Counted from the stretch's first letter, positions 11,716 through 25,284 are shown. The stretch: 64,000 bases of DNA from Octopus sinensis (GCF_006345805.1 NC_043010.1:9610001-9674000), one strand, 5' to 3'. The notes: generated from the letters alone by a model not told the origin. Program-made: numbers and translations.

Positions 11716-12195
11716 CAATAATAATAATAACAATAATTTCCTGCCTTCAGTATTCTAAAAGTAGAAATACTTCTTAGATAGGGAGTAATCTACTGCAATT
11801 ATATTCTCCATGTTAATTTGATTTGTGAGGGTGGGGTAAAAAAAAATCATTTGATGATATTAAAATATCATTGCAGCCAACATCGTCATCAATGTCAACA
11901 TCGTTGTCATCGCTGTCAATGTCATTGACATCATAGTCACCAGCGTCACCGTCATTGATGTCAGATCAGCACCACTATGTCCACAACCACCACAAGCTCA
12001 ACAGCCACTACCACCACCACCACCACCACCACCACCACCACCACCCATTGCTGCCACTGTTACTGATGCCCTAGCCACCACCGTCATTACCACCACTGCG
12101 ATAACCACTACTGCAACAACCATAACTATCACTACCACAACTACTACCACAGCAACTACTACTGCCACTGGTGCTGTCACCACTACCACCACCTT

Positions 12196-12230
<35 letters not shown>

Positions 12231-12775
12231 CATTTAATTATTGATTCTTTAATTGATTAAAAGTCAGGTGCTGGATACAGTAATTTTTTTCTGTGTGCGT
12301 ATGGCATGTGTGCATGTGTGTGTGTGGCTTTGTGCATGTGTGTGTGTGTGGCTTTGTGCATGTGTGTGTGTGTGGCGTGTGTGTGTGTCTGTGACATGTG
12401 TGTGGGGGTGGTGTATCAAACTTGAATTTAAAATATTCAATCTTTAGTGTGGGCGAATAAAAATAATTTTTGGTGGGGGGAAAAAAATTGCTGTTATTAA
12501 TAGAAATATCTGACAATATTTATCATTGTGACAATCTAAGTCTATACATAATAAATATTCTGTTACTGATTAAAATGACAACACTATTGATTTCTAATAA
12601 CTTTTGGCATAATATATAAACTGGTGAAAGCTGTTCAAAGTTGTCTTGTTGCAAAAAAAATAGAAGATATTAAAAGAAAATCCTGTAGTCGAATAAAGCC
12701 TCATGAGAAAATTTCATAGACACAAGCTGAAAGATGCCTGTCATATACATATGTATATGTATGTATGTGAGTGTG

Positions 12776-12856
<81 letters not shown>

Positions 12857-12914
12857 TATATGTTTGTATATATGTATGTTTGTATGTAAGTATATATATA
12901 TATATATAGTTTAA

Positions 12915-13110
12915 ATTTACAGGAAACAAAAGGCAAAGACAGGTGAAATATGGAAAAGTCCTTGATATTTCGAGCCTACCCTCTTCAGCAGAAAGGATTA
13001 AGAGGAGAAAAAGGAGAGAAAATGATAAATACAGAGAGAAAAAATGTGTAGAGAAATGGCTAGAAGAAAGGGAGATAATAATGGTTACCTGGCTGAATTA
13101 GGGTGCACAA
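12915..13110 (-). mobile_element. PLE terminal fragment with degenerate hammerhead (12958-12996)
   Basis: Minus strand ccttt-CTGCTGA-A-GAG(ggtagg)CTC-GAAA; core A6 is mutated. Homologous to 14800-14990 and 51905-52110. Confidence 0.6.
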
Positions 13111-13162
13111 GTGCATGTGTGTATGTATGTATATATATATATATATGGAGAAATAGACAGAG

Positions 13163-13218
<56 letters not shown>

Positions 13219-13910
13219 GGATAGATAGATAGATAGATAGATAGATATGTGTGCATGTCTTTTTGCTTCAATTAATTTTGATTAAAACCCTTCAAGGCGA
13301 TGCACCAGCATGGCCACAGTCCGAAAACTAAAACAAATAAAAGATAAACAACAAAAGATCAAAGATAGTGCCACTTTCCGGCTACTCATAATTCCAGTTG
13401 AAACTGGTTGTAAGAAAGTGGGTTATAATAACTGAATTTATAATTGGCCCCAGGTCAGGCCAGGCCAAAATTTTTAGTGGGAGGAACAAGTTGATCAATC
13501 AAACCTAGAAGTGATTGATACTTTATACAATTGACTCTGGAAGAATGAAAGCAAAGTTCACTTCAACAGGATATGAACCCAGATCATAAATATATGGGGC
13601 GAAGCCTGGAAGACATATTGTTTCTTATGCTATAAAGACTATATCAATTCACTGTCCTAAACTGTGTATAATATGCATACAGGGCTAGAAATTTTGGAGG
13701 AAGGGTTAGTAAATAAAATCAGTCTCAGTACTTGACTGGTACTTTTTTTAACTGACCCTGGTAGCAGGAAAGGAAAAGTTGGCCATAAGAGAATTTGAAC
13801 TCAGAACATGAAGCAGAACAAATATTATATGATAATTTGCCCAACACTCTAAAGGCTTTGCAAATTCACTATCCACTTGAAGTATGGGAGTTAATAATAT
13901 TAACATATTA

Positions 13911-14320
13911 GGCACAGGAGTGGCTGTGTGGTAAGTAGCTTGCTTACCAACCACATGGTTCTGGGTTCATTTCCACTGTGTGGCAACTTGGGCAAGTGTC
14001 TTCTGCTATAGCCTCGGGCCGACCAAAGCCTTCTGAGTGGATTTGGTAGACGGAAACTGAAAGAAGCCCATCATATATATGTATATATATATATGTGTGT
14101 GTGTGTTTGTGTGTCTGTGTTTGTCCTCCCAACATCACTTGACAACCGATGCTGGTGTGTTTACATCCTCGTAACTTTGCAGTTCAGCAAAAGAGACCAA
14201 TAGAATAAGTACTGGGCTTACAAAGAATAAGTCCCGGGGTCGATTTGCTCGACTAAAGATGGTGCTCCAGCATGGACACAGTCAAATGACTGAAACAAGT
14301 AAAAAGTAAAAGTAAAAGTA
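13911..14320 (+). mobile_element. Full-length family-A SINE (tRNA head, CORE-like, internal microsatellite, AAAAGT/AAGAGT tail)
   Basis: ggagtggctgtgtggtaag (box A), gggttcatttcc (box B), ttgggcaagtgtctt (CORE-like), tail gaaacaagtaaaa. Confidence 0.9.
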
Positions 14321-14579
14321 TTTCATAAAATGTAGGTGTGGCTGCGTGATGAAGGTTTCTTCCCAACCGTATGGTTTCATGTTCAATTCCACTCTACAGA
14401 ACATTTGGCAAGGTTCTTTTATTATAGTCTTGCACCAACAAATGTCTTGTGAGTGAATTTGGTTGACAAAAGCTGAAGGAATACTGTTGTGTGTGCATGT
14501 GTGTGTGCACGTGTGCGTGTGTGTATACACGTATGCATGTATATATACATACATACATACGTATATATATAAAGTTAAA

Positions 14580-14990
14580 CCAAACAAGAACGCAAAAAAA
14601 ACACAACGCGAGGACGTGGAACAAATATAGTATTATTGGACGCTAAGGAAAGAAGGAAAGAAGGAGGGTTTAACGTTTCGAGTGGAGCTCTTCATCATAA
14701 AAAAAAGGAGAAGGAAAGATCCAGAGAAAGGAAGACAGAGGGAAAAAATCGCCAATGGTACACACGTGGTCACATTTTGAATATATATATAGGGAGAATT
14801 CATGAAAAAAACAAAAGACGAAGACAGGTGTTGTAGAAAACAAACAGATGTATTAGTATAACACTCGGGAATTGAAAAAGTCTTTAACATTTCGAGCCTA
14901 CGCTCTTCCACAGAAAGGAATACAGAAAGAAACAAGGAGAGAAAAAAATGTGTGTAGTGGCTACCGATCTATCATGGCGAATGCTGGAGA
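14580..14990 (-). mobile_element. Two adjacent PLE terminal fragments, each with a degenerate hammerhead (14668-14702, 14880-14914)
   Basis: Minus strand ATGATGA-A-GAG(ctcca)CTC-GAAAC-GTT and CTGTGGA-A-GAGC(gtag)GCTC-GAAAT-GTT; both cores are mutated. Confidence 0.6.
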
Positions 14991-15014
14991 GAAGGGTCAC
15001 ACAGGAGATATATA

Positions 15015-15233
15015 TGAGTGTGGGCTGAAAAGTTCTTGGCTTTGGGTAAAAGAAAATACAAAAGGATCAGTTAATTATGATTTTAGTCAACTTATTTCCC
15101 CTCTCAGATTCATACACTTATTGCAGTGGTCCTTCAGCTTTTCTAAACCCTGTAAAAGGACTCAGAAAGTTGGGCCACCAGCCAGGCCTTTCACAATACC
15201 TTTAAAGCCAGAAACTTTTCAGCCCCACCCCCA
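15015..15233. mobile_element. Mariner-type MITE, opposite orientation to 5778-6233
   Basis: Terminal inverted repeats gctgaaaagttcttggcttt / aaagccagaaacttttcagc; internal sequence is the reverse complement of 6075-6230. Confidence 0.75.
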
Positions 15234-15299
15234 TTGTGTATATATCATCATCATCACCATTAGGAATTTAAATGTTTAAATGTAAGTGTGTGTGTATGC

Positions 15300-15339
<40 letters not shown>

Positions 15340-15375
15340 CATATATTTATATATATATGTATATATATATATATT

Positions 15376-15640
15376 CTAGCTGGGTCTCGTGCTGTCAGAA
15401 ATGATGGCTAATGGTAGTATTTTATATATAAATATGGCACAAAACCAAGATTTTGGTTTAATAATTCTTTTATTACTAAATTTTTTGTGAAAAATCTGTC
15501 CGTAACTAACATCCTTTGACTGCTTGTTTCCCTCAACAGAATTTTAAAGTTTTTCTTCCTTCTTGTCCGACTTAAGGCCACATAAAGCTGGCCATGACAA
15601 AATACAAGAGCTGGTAAGTAAATACCAAATGCACAGAGTT
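15376..15640 (-). mobile_element. Autonomous Helitron 3' remnant (PIF1-like helicase C-terminus + CTAG end)
   Basis: ORF reads GIYLPALVFCHGQLYVALSR, matching the Helitron/PIF1 motif HGQLYVALSR; the minus strand ends ...cagCTAG at 15376. Confidence 0.85.
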
Positions 15641-16084
15641 GAAATGCTGTTTGATTTTTCTTTTCAGCGTTGAATGTTAACCATCCCACTTCCATTGCAT
15701 GTGCACACTCACACACACACACACATACACACACACACACACAACACGTGCACACACATACACACACATTCACATACCCCCACTTTTACATACACACACA
15801 CACACACACATATTCGCACAGAGTTGTAATGCTGTTTGATTGATTTTTTCAGCATACAATTTTCATCATCCCACTACCAAATATGACATCACCCCTTCCT
15901 TCCTTATGCATCTATCACCCCTTCCTTTCTCATTCATAAACACAAGAATATTATTATTATAGCAGATTATCTCAGTAACCATGGGAGCTATGAAACAAAT
16001 ACAAAGCCCAGCAACACCACCAGATCATTCTATACATCTGTGTAATTTTTTGCGCAATTCCACCCAGTAGACTGTGAATTCCAA

Positions 16085-16260
16085 GGCAAGAAAACACTTC
16101 ATTTCACATTGCTCCAGTCCACTCAGCTGGCAAAAATGAGTAATCCTGCGACGGACTGGCGTCCCATCCAGGTGGGGAATTTCAACACCTCTGAAACCGG
16201 GAAACCGGCCCTTATGAGCCTAGCATGTCTCGAGAAAGAACATTTATTATTGTCAACTGA
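16085..16260 (+). mobile_element. 5'-truncated family-D SINE (CORE + V-like cgacggactggcgtccc)
   Basis: Close homolog of 18817-18985. Confidence 0.8.
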
Positions 16261-16494
16261 AAGAATCGCCCATGTCAAATTTATATGTATAGATATATAT
16301 GTGTGTGTGTGTGTGTGCTTGAATATATATCTGTGTGTATGTGTGTGCTGTGAGAAATTGTGAATATTTGCATCACATTATCTCGACATCATGTAATTGT
16401 TGTAAATGAACATGGTTCCTTTCCATTATAGTGCTAAAGCATGTCTGACCATGGGGAAATATTACCTTGCTTGAAAACAAGTAATAGTTGTCAA

Positions 16495-16655
16495 CAGGAG
16501 TGGCTGTGTGGTAAGTAGCTTGCTTACCAACCACATGGTTCCGGGTTCAGTCCCACTGCGTGGCATCTTGGGCAAGTGTCTTCTGCTATAGCCCCAGGCC
16601 GACCAATGCCTTGTGAGTGGATTTGGTAGACGGAAACTGAAAGAAGCCTGTCGTA

Positions 16656-16702
<47 letters not shown>

Positions 16703-16925
16703 CTGTGTTTGTCCCCCTAGCATTGCCTGACAACCGATGCTGGTGTGTTTACGTCCCCGTCACTTAGCGGTTCGGCAAAAGAGACCGATAGAATAAGTAC
16801 TGGGCTTACAAAAAGAATAAGTCCCGGGGTCGATTTGCTCGACTAAAAGGCGGTGCTCCAGCATGGCCGCAGTCAAATGACTGAAACAAGTAAAAGAGTA
16901 AAAGAGTAAAAGAGTAAAAGAGAGA
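16495..16925 (+). mobile_element. Full-length family-A SINE, young
   Basis: Complete head, CORE-like segment, (TA)n, 3' body and (AAAAGAGT)n tail. Confidence 0.9.
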
Positions 16926-17085
16926 GTAACAGGCTGGACATCTGGTTGTAGACAATTTGCCTCAGTAAATTCTGTCTGACGCAGTCGAGTACAGAAAAAT
17001 GTGTATCAAAACGACGATGACAACAACAACAACAACAACAACAATGACGACGACGATGATGATACCCCTTTCAGAGATTGTTTAC

Positions 17086-17135
17086 CTGGAAAAACCCCAG
17101 CAGCATCAGCTTTGACAAAGAACTATGACATATTT
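17086..17135 (-). CDS. Candidate 50-nt exon (ICHSSLSKLMLLGFFQ), gene unknown
   Basis: Acceptor tggctttttacag, donor cag|gtaaac; one open frame. Confidence 0.3.
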
Positions 17136-17288
17136 CTGTAAAAAGCCAAATAATATCTCATGCAAGCTAAGCATAACTTAGTATTTCATTCATGAAAAAA
17201 AAATAATTAAAAAAATCCAATTCCTCATTAGAAACCTATTCAAATTTATCATAGAGAGGTACACATATTACAACCAAGATTCTGTATG

Positions 17289-17450
<162 letters not shown>

Positions 17451-17886
17451 ATGTGTGTGTGAGTGTTTTCTGGTTAATGGAATCAGTTTTCTATTTTTCT
17501 ATATTACAGAGCTATTTTATATTTTTATATTTTTGCCTTTTAGTTGATGTTTAATGTTAAAGTAACATTTAAAACTTGATATATGAAGCAGCGTCTTTTT
17601 TAAAAACATTTACATAATCATTTATAAATTATTTTTCAACTCAGCGTTTTGTGAAAATGACATGATATTTGATAGCTGATTTAGAAAGTTGTGGCAAAAT
17701 CTCCCCAGCCAGTAAAAGAAAATGAGAAGAAAAGAAATTTTAAAAAAATCAAATGCTGTAATAAAATTTATGAAAGGTTCTAAATTCTATCTAAATTAAT
17801 CTAAAATATTGCAGAATGGTTGTACAGTTATGGAGCAAAATTAAAAGAAAGCTTTAATACGTAAGCAAAGGTGTGAGTGAATAATA

Positions 17887-18432
17887 TTGGGTTGTCCGGA
17901 GAGTTTGTGCCGATTTATAGTAGCTTACCTTTCGACTTATTTTAGAACATGGTTGAGTCCATAAAATAGGATTTGACTACACCTCCGCTTAGAGCACAGT
18001 TTAAGCTATCTTTTCGTGGAAGAAGGTTTATGTTCCTATAACCTTTGTTAATTCTGTAACCCTTTAAAATGGAAGATAAGAAAGTTCATTTTTGGCACTA
18101 TCTATTGCTGCAGCTCGGTTGGGATATGTTACCCCACCCTCCACATTCACCAGATATTGCTTCTTTGGATTTTCACCTATTCAGGTCTCTGCAGAATAGT
18201 CTTAATGGTAAAAATTTCAATTCCTTGGATGACGTAAAAAGATACCTTGATGAATTCTTTGCCATGAAACCACCTCGATTCTGGGAAGAGGGTATTTTCA
18301 AGTTAAAGGAAAGATGGTGACACATTGTGCAACAAAAGGGTTCATATTTGGTTGATTAAAAATGTAATGGCAAGTATTTATTGACCTTTTTCTTTCCTTT
18401 AAAAATCAGCATAAACTTTCCAGAAAACCCAT
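17887..18432 (+). mobile_element. Internally deleted mariner with C-terminal transposase remnant
   Basis: TA-flanked ~30-bp TIRs (ttgggttgtccggagagtttgtgccgattt / aaatcagcataaactttccagaaaacccat); ORF LGWDMLPHPPHSPDIASLDFHLFRSLQN matches the mariner HPPYSPDLAPSD motif. Confidence 0.92.
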
Positions 18433-18542
18433 TACTTTCCACTATAGGCACAAGGCCCAAAATTTGGTAACAGTGGGCTAGTCAGTTACATCAACTTCAG
18501 TGTTCAACTACTATTTATTTCATCAACCCTGAAAGGCAGCCT

Positions 18543-19194
18543 TGTGGCAAGGACCATAAAGGCTAACTGGAACAGGATAGAGTTACGTTCCCTGATTCTG
18601 TCATCGGTAGGTGGTGCTGTGATGGCACTTCAGCTAGGGAGGTATAAAAACCCTAGAGGGATAACCATCTTCTTCTCTTTCGCTGTTCCCCCTTCTAGGC
18701 AGGCCACTTGTCAACTGACGTGGAGGCACATGACTTAGTGGTTAGGGTGTTGAACACATGATCGTAAGGTTGTGGTTTCAATTCCTGGACCAGGCAATGT
18801 GTTGTGTTCTTGAGCAAAACACTTCATTTCACATTGCTCCAGTCCACTCAGCTGGCAAAAATGAGTAATCCTGCGACAGACCGGCGTCCCGTCCAGGTGG
18901 GGAATTTCTACGCCACTGAAACCAGGAAACCAGCCCTTATGAGCCTGGCATGGCACAAGAAGGAACATTTATTATTGTCAACTGACGCAGCCAGCTAGGA
19001 CTGCTAGCTCGCTTTGCTTTTAGCCATTACCGATTCCTCATTATGTAGCTGGTGCAGTTCATACTCTCTTCCGTTTCAGCATCAACCACAAAAGATGTAA
19101 CCACATTTGTATGACTTTTATCGAATCACATCACCTTTAGTATGAACACTGTTATAAAAACTTGTTTAACTTTGACTTGATGCTGTTTGTCACA
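18543..19194 (+). mobile_element. Candidate solo LTR interrupted by a SINE
   Basis: tgtggca...tgtcaca ends and a TATAAAA box near 18644; no clean TSD. Confidence 0.4.
18721..18974 (+). mobile_element. Full-length family-D SINE with 13-bp flanking direct repeat
   Basis: tRNA-like head ggaggcacatgacttagtggttagg...ggtttcaattcc; ttgtcaactgacg at 18708-18720 and 18975-18987. Confidence 0.85.
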
Positions 19195-19212
19195 CCTGTA
19201 CATGCATCTTAA

Positions 19213-19596
19213 GTGGAGGCGCAATGGCCCAGTGTTTAGGGCAGCGGACTCGCGGTCATAGGATCACGGTTTCGATTCCCAGACCAGGCGTTGTGAGTGT
19301 TTATTGAGCGAAAACACCTAAAAGCTCCACGACACTCCGGCAGGGGATGGTGGTGATCCCTGCTGTACTCTTTCACCACAACTTTCTCTCACTCTTACTT
19401 CCTGTTTCTGTTGTACCTGTATTTCAAGGGGCCGGCCTTGTCACTCTCTGTGTCACGCTGAATATCCCCAAGAACTACGTTAAGGGTACACGTGTCTGTG
19501 GAGTGCTCAGCCACTTACACGTTAATTTCACGAGCAGGCTGTTCCGTTGATTGGATCAACTGGAACCCTCATCGTCGTAACCGACGGAGTGCTTCC
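19213..19596 (+). mobile_element. Full-length family-C tRNA-derived SINE, 13-bp TSD
   Basis: ggaggcgcaatggcccagtg (box A), ggtttcgattccc (box B); TSD acatgcatcttaa; near-identical to 31242-31626. Confidence 0.92.
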
Positions 19597-19859
19597 ACAT
19601 GCATCTTAACTCAAGCAAGAACACAGGATTCCTGTCCACTCTTCATTAAAGAGTCAACCTTTGTGGAATTTGAACTCAGAACATAAAAGTGGATGAAATG
19701 CCACTAAGCATTTTACCAACACACTCACAGTTCTGTCAGTTCCCCACCTTAGTGAACCTTGGTGAGAGTAAATAATAATCTTATAATAATTCTGCTTGTC
19801 ATTCCGTTACTTAGTCTGTCCATAATGATTCCACATGATTAGTTGTACAGAACCTTTTT

Positions 19860-20068
19860 CATTCACAGTTCTATATTTAACAGATGAGGAATTATGTACA
19901 TTATTTACATTTGACGGATATTTCTCCTCATCTTGTTTGTTGTTAACACAACGTTATATACCCTCCTGATATACCCTCCAGCTTTCATCAGGTGTCTTGG
20001 GGAAACTTCGAACCTGGGTTCTCATTCCTAAGGTATTTTCGATGTTATTATTATTATCATTATTATTA

Positions 20069-20125
<57 letters not shown>

Positions 20126-20245
20126 TATTATTATTATTATTCAGGTCACTGTTTGGAGTTGAACTCAGAATCTTGCCGAAACATTGTGTTTACAACAAAC
20201 AAGATGAGGACAAATGTCCGTCAAATGTAAATAATGTAAATACTG
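19860..20245. mobile_element. Inverted pair of PLE termini with a disrupted hammerhead
   Basis: 59-bp inverted arms at 19897-19955 and 20180-20238. The minus-strand cCTGATGA near 19990 has lost its GAAA to a gagggtatat duplication; the right arm retains ccGAAAc. Confidence 0.6.
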
Positions 20246-20251
20246 TACTTT

Positions 20252-20339
20252 TTCAAAAAATGTCTGGATCCACACATAAACATGCTGGTGCATGATCATG
20301 CACCTGTATGTTTATGCATGGATCCAGGTATTTTTTGAA
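20252..20339. other. 88-nt near-perfect hairpin (pre-miRNA-like or fold-back)
   Basis: 44-nt arms around a gcatga|tcatgc centre; on the plus strand there are three GU pairs and three mismatches. Confidence 0.7.
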
Positions 20340-20765
20340 TAATACTGGCAGGTGCCCATACATGGAAGTTTTCCCTCTCCACACCATCAATGTTTACCAA
20401 AAGGAAAAGTTACCAATTTGGGTCAGCACAGCTTGGCACCAGTGTCATCAACGACATTGTTATCCAAGCACAAAGAGCTGGAATAGGTACCACAAAACGT
20501 TTTGTCTAATAACAGTTCTGCCAATCTATGATGATGGATTAGCACTGGGTTTTTTTTTTCGTTATCAGCCCTGAAAGATAAAAGGCAAAGTTGACCATGG
20601 TAGGATTTGAACTCAGAACATGGAGAACCAGAACAGTTGCTGAAAAACATTCTATTCAAATACTTTAACAACTCAAATGATATCCTACTAGGGGTGTGTC
20701 TATTCCGAGTGTGCTAGTTCTGCACTGCACACCCAAGAAAAATGGTAAACTCATTATAAATATTT

Positions 20766-21000
20766 ATTTCTTAATTGCCCACAGGAGGCTAAACATAGAG
20801 GGGACAAACAAAGTCAGACAAAGGGATTAAGTTGATTACATCAACCCCAGTGAGTAAATGGTGCTTATTTAATCAACCCCGAAAGGATGACAGGCAAAGT
20901 CGACCTCAGTGGAACTTGAACTCAGAACGTAATCACAGACGAAATACTGCTAAGCATTCTGCCCGGTGTGCTAACAATTCTGCCAGCTTGCCACCCTAAC
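20766..21000 (-). mobile_element. Family-B SINE
   Basis: aggcaaagtcgacctcagtggaacttgaactcagaac core. Confidence 0.85.
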
Positions 21001-22438
21001 TGTCAGCTTGCTGCCCTAAAACTCATTATAAATATTAACCTTACTCATTAGTTTAATCATAAATCTTAATGGCAAAACATTTGTTATACCCCTGCTTGAA
21101 ATTTGGTGGCACTGGGTGAGGCAGCATACCCAATACGACAACCACTATATGCCACTGTACCCTACTAGCTTAGGTCTGCTCAATCAGTACTGACCTGGGG
21201 CTAAATGGCAGCAACAACGGTTATCGAATATTTGAGAAGCAAAAGAGGAAATGCTTTATTATGTTTAGTGGGTACTTAAGAGACAACAAATGCTACAACA
21301 TTGGAAATGTTGAAATTACACATTACTATCTGCTCTGGCTTCACTTGAGAAATTTATTTCAATATAGATTTATTGAAATTTTGAAAGTTTGCTCAAGGTT
21401 TTGGCTAACTCTTATAGAACACGTGTATATTAGCATAATAGAAAAAAATATATATAATCGGATAATAACACCCCACCCTACAAAAAATAATAAAATAAAC
21501 AACAGCAAATAGTCAAATAAATTTGTTAATGTACATTTATGTTGATAGAAATATATGTAAGTATGCAAACAAGCATACATATTTATTTCTATGTACATGT
21601 ATATACATATAAATATGTTTACATATAAATATGTTTACATATATTACGATATGTTTGTGTGTATGAATGGCTATGCATATAATTTTAATCTTTAAAAAGC
21701 TTTACTTTTTCCTATTTGCATGCCATACGTAAATTTAGGATGTTGAACATAACATATTGAGTTTTTGATGTTCTGTGTGGTGTTGTTGTTATGGACACCA
21801 ATGAAACTATGAAACAGTGAACACACAGACACACTCAAACACATAAGCCACGCATCTATACACATACACGCATATTTTGACACGGATACATACATATATA
21901 TATATGTGTATTTGTGTAAGTGTGTGTGTTTACGTATGCATGTGTGTGTGTGTATATCCATTTATGTGAGTGTGTATGTGTGTGTATGTGTTTGTGTTTG
22001 TGTAAGTATGTATGTATGTACAGCTATATAATTTACATTTCCACACATTTTCTGGAAAATTTTTTTTGTTTTGTCTATTTTTTTTGTATCTCAGTGAATT
22101 ATCCATGACAAAATCTGTTTGAACGAAGAAAACTTATCATTAATATTGAATTTCAAATATTTTCATAGTGTCCCACCATCTCAGAGACCATCAAATAAAA
22201 TAAAAATTCATGGTGTATTTCTAATCCATGTGTGTGTGTGTGTGCATGCGTATGCTTGTTTGTATGTGTGTGTGTGCATGTGTGTGCACATGTATATTTG
22301 TGTATAGATATATGTATATACATGCGTGTGCATATACATGTGTGCATATACATGTGCATATACATGTGTGCATATACATATATATATATATGTATTCAAA
22401 TATCAAGGTGTATGTATGATTGTATATATATAGATGTT

Positions 22439-22469
<31 letters not shown>

Positions 22470-22696
22470 GTATGCATGTATGTGTATATATGTTTGTGTG
22501 TATATATATATATGTGTGTGTGTATGTATATACATATGTATATAAACACACACACTCACAGGTATATACTTATGTATATTATTTATATTATTATATGATT
22601 GAATGCCACGCATCTTTTTCCAAGTAAGTTTTAGCTATATACACACACACACACACACGTATATATATTATATAATATATATATATATATTATATA

Positions 22697-22847
22697 TATG
22701 CATACATAGAAATATATATCTATCTGTCTATCTTTCTGTCTATATATCTATTTATCCATCCATCCATTCATATATATATATATTATATATATATACATAC
22801 ATATATATATTATATATATTATATATATATATTATATATATAATATG

Positions 22848-22897
<50 letters not shown>

Positions 22898-23163
22898 TAC
22901 ATAGAAATATATATCTATCTGTCTATCTTTCTGTCTATCTATCTATCTATTTATCCATCCAGCCATCCATATATATATATATATAATATATATATATATA
23001 ATATATAATATGCATACATAAAATAAATATCTATCTGTCTATCTTTCTGTCTATCTATCTATCTATTTATCCATCCATCCATCCATATATATATATATAT
23101 ATGCATACATAGAAATATATATCTATCTGTCTATCTTTCTATCTATCTATTTATCCATCCATC

Positions 23164-23165
<2 letters not shown>
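22697..23165. repeat. Four-copy compound microsatellite block (TATC/CCAT/TA)
   Basis: atgcatacata(g/a)aa...atctatctgtctatctttct repeated four times. Confidence 0.8.
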
Positions 23166-23204
<39 letters not shown>

Positions 23205-23544
23205 GAATATGCACATATATACTCAGATACACAAACTTGCTCACACACACACACACATCTCAGTATGTAAGTGTCATTTGAAGTAAGTTGATGGCATTTC
23301 ATTTGTGATGTGATTTAAATTACGCCACTGTCAGTTTGAATAGTTTAGCATGTCATGCAGAAACCAGCAGGTGCACACACACACACACACACACATGCAC
23401 ACACGCACATTATTATTATCCATTATAATGGCATCAATATTGTATTTCTTTTAGAAATACACTGAAGTAATACGAAAGATTCAAGAGGATTTTAATGAAA
23501 CATAGGTACATGTCATTTTTGTGTATGATTGACTCAATTTCTAC

Positions 23545-23546
23545 TG

Positions 23547-23608
<62 letters not shown>

Positions 23609-23706
23609 ACTACTACTGCTGCAGCTACTGCTGCTACTGCTACTACTACTGCTACTGCTACTACTACTACTACTACTACTACTATACTACTACAACTACA
23701 ACTACA

Positions 23707-23743
<37 letters not shown>

Positions 23744-23986
23744 TCACCACCATCACTACAACTACCACCACCACCACTACACCCACAACCACCACCACCA
23801 CCACCACCACCACCACTACTCCCACAACCACTACCACCACCACTGCAACTACCACCACCACTGCAACTACCACCACTACTACAACCACCATCACCATCAC
23901 CACCACTACCACCCACACCACCACCATCACTACTACTACTATCATCATCTCTACAACTATCACCACTACCCCACTACCACCACTAT

Positions 23987-24030
<44 letters not shown>
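23545..24030. repeat. Compound triplet microsatellite (CTA/CTG/CCA)
   Basis: Direct inspection. Confidence 0.95.
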
Positions 24031-24506
24031 GCATGATGACTTCTGCTCTTTGAAGCTTATCGATCTCATGCTGCCTTGTATTATGAACTCCTGACTCACT
24101 TGTCCACGCTTCTCTTGTTCTCAAATTGGTTTCAAATTTTGGCACAAGGCCAGCAATTTCAGGTGATGGCGGTAAGGGCTGACCTCAGCAATATCTAAAC
24201 ACAGAATGTAAAATGCCAAACAAAATGGTGTTGCCTTTAATAATAATGGCAAGAATACTGATTTCAAACTTTGGCACAAAACCAGCAGTTTCGGAGGAAT
24301 TGGTTGGGTGGGGGTAATTTGATTACATCGACCCCCCAGTGCTCAGCTCATACTTATTTTATTGACCCTGAAAAGATGAAAGACAAAGTCAACCTTGGCA
24401 AGGTTTGAACTCTGAATGTAAAGACCTTGAAGAAATGCCGCTAAGTTATTTTTACCCGGTGTGCTAACAGTTCTGCCAGCTTGCCACATTCAACAATAAT
24501 AAAAGC

Positions 24507-24541
<35 letters not shown>

Positions 24542-24594
24542 TAATAATAATTACAACAACAATAATAATATGCACAACGCGAATACAAAAAGAG

Positions 24595-25117
24595 ACACTC
24601 AAATTAGAGGCCTACATTAAGTGCCTGGAGGAGGCAGTGCTGCTCTGGGTCAAAAGAGTGGCTGCTGGAACACCCTATGTCTGGCAACAGGACTCTGCAC
24701 CATACCACATAAGCAGGAGAATCCACTCATTGCTGTCAGACAATTTCTGTGACCACATCACCCCTAACATCTGGCCACCTTACTCCTCAGACTACAACCC
24801 CCTTGACTATTATGTGTGGGGTGCAGTCTAGCGAGAGACCAACAAAACTCCTTGTAACACCAAAGATGAACTGATGGCAAGGATTATGGTAACATTTACC
24901 AACTTAAACAAGGAGACCATCCAGAAGAATTGCAGGAAGTTCTGAAGTCGTCTGGAGTCCATGGTTGAAGCCAATGGTGATTTTATTGAATAAATTTACC
25001 CTTTAGTATTTCAAGATATTTTTTCTGTAATTTTGATAAATATATCTGTTAAAATGAGATGTCAGTGTCATTTTCATTTTTTGATAATTTCAATGACAAT
25101 ATATTCACAGCACCCTG
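24595..25117 (+). mobile_element. maT (DD37D) Tc1/mariner transposon 3' remnant
   Basis: VWQQDSAPYH...WPPYSSDYNPLDYYVWG has 37 residues between the second and third catalytic D; ends gcaccctg|TA. Confidence 0.9.
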
Positions 25118-25284
25118 TATATATATATACATTTCCGGTGAACCTATATAAATAATCACCTCGTGTGCTTCTCTTTCATTCACCCTTTCTTGACCACACA
25201 GCGATGATCATAGCAAGCAAGCTAAGAATTCTCATTTCATTTCTTCTGACTCTTGTACTACACACATACATTTGCCGCTAACCC

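Noticed and set aside
13911-14000. tRNA-like heads as real tRNA genes
   Set aside because: Box A/B are present, but they run directly into multicopy SINE bodies and lack a convincing cloverleaf.
23455-23505. Plus-strand exon-like segment KYTEVIRKIQEDFNET*
   Set aside because: It has a good acceptor but ends in TAG, and I found no convincing partner exons on the plus strand.
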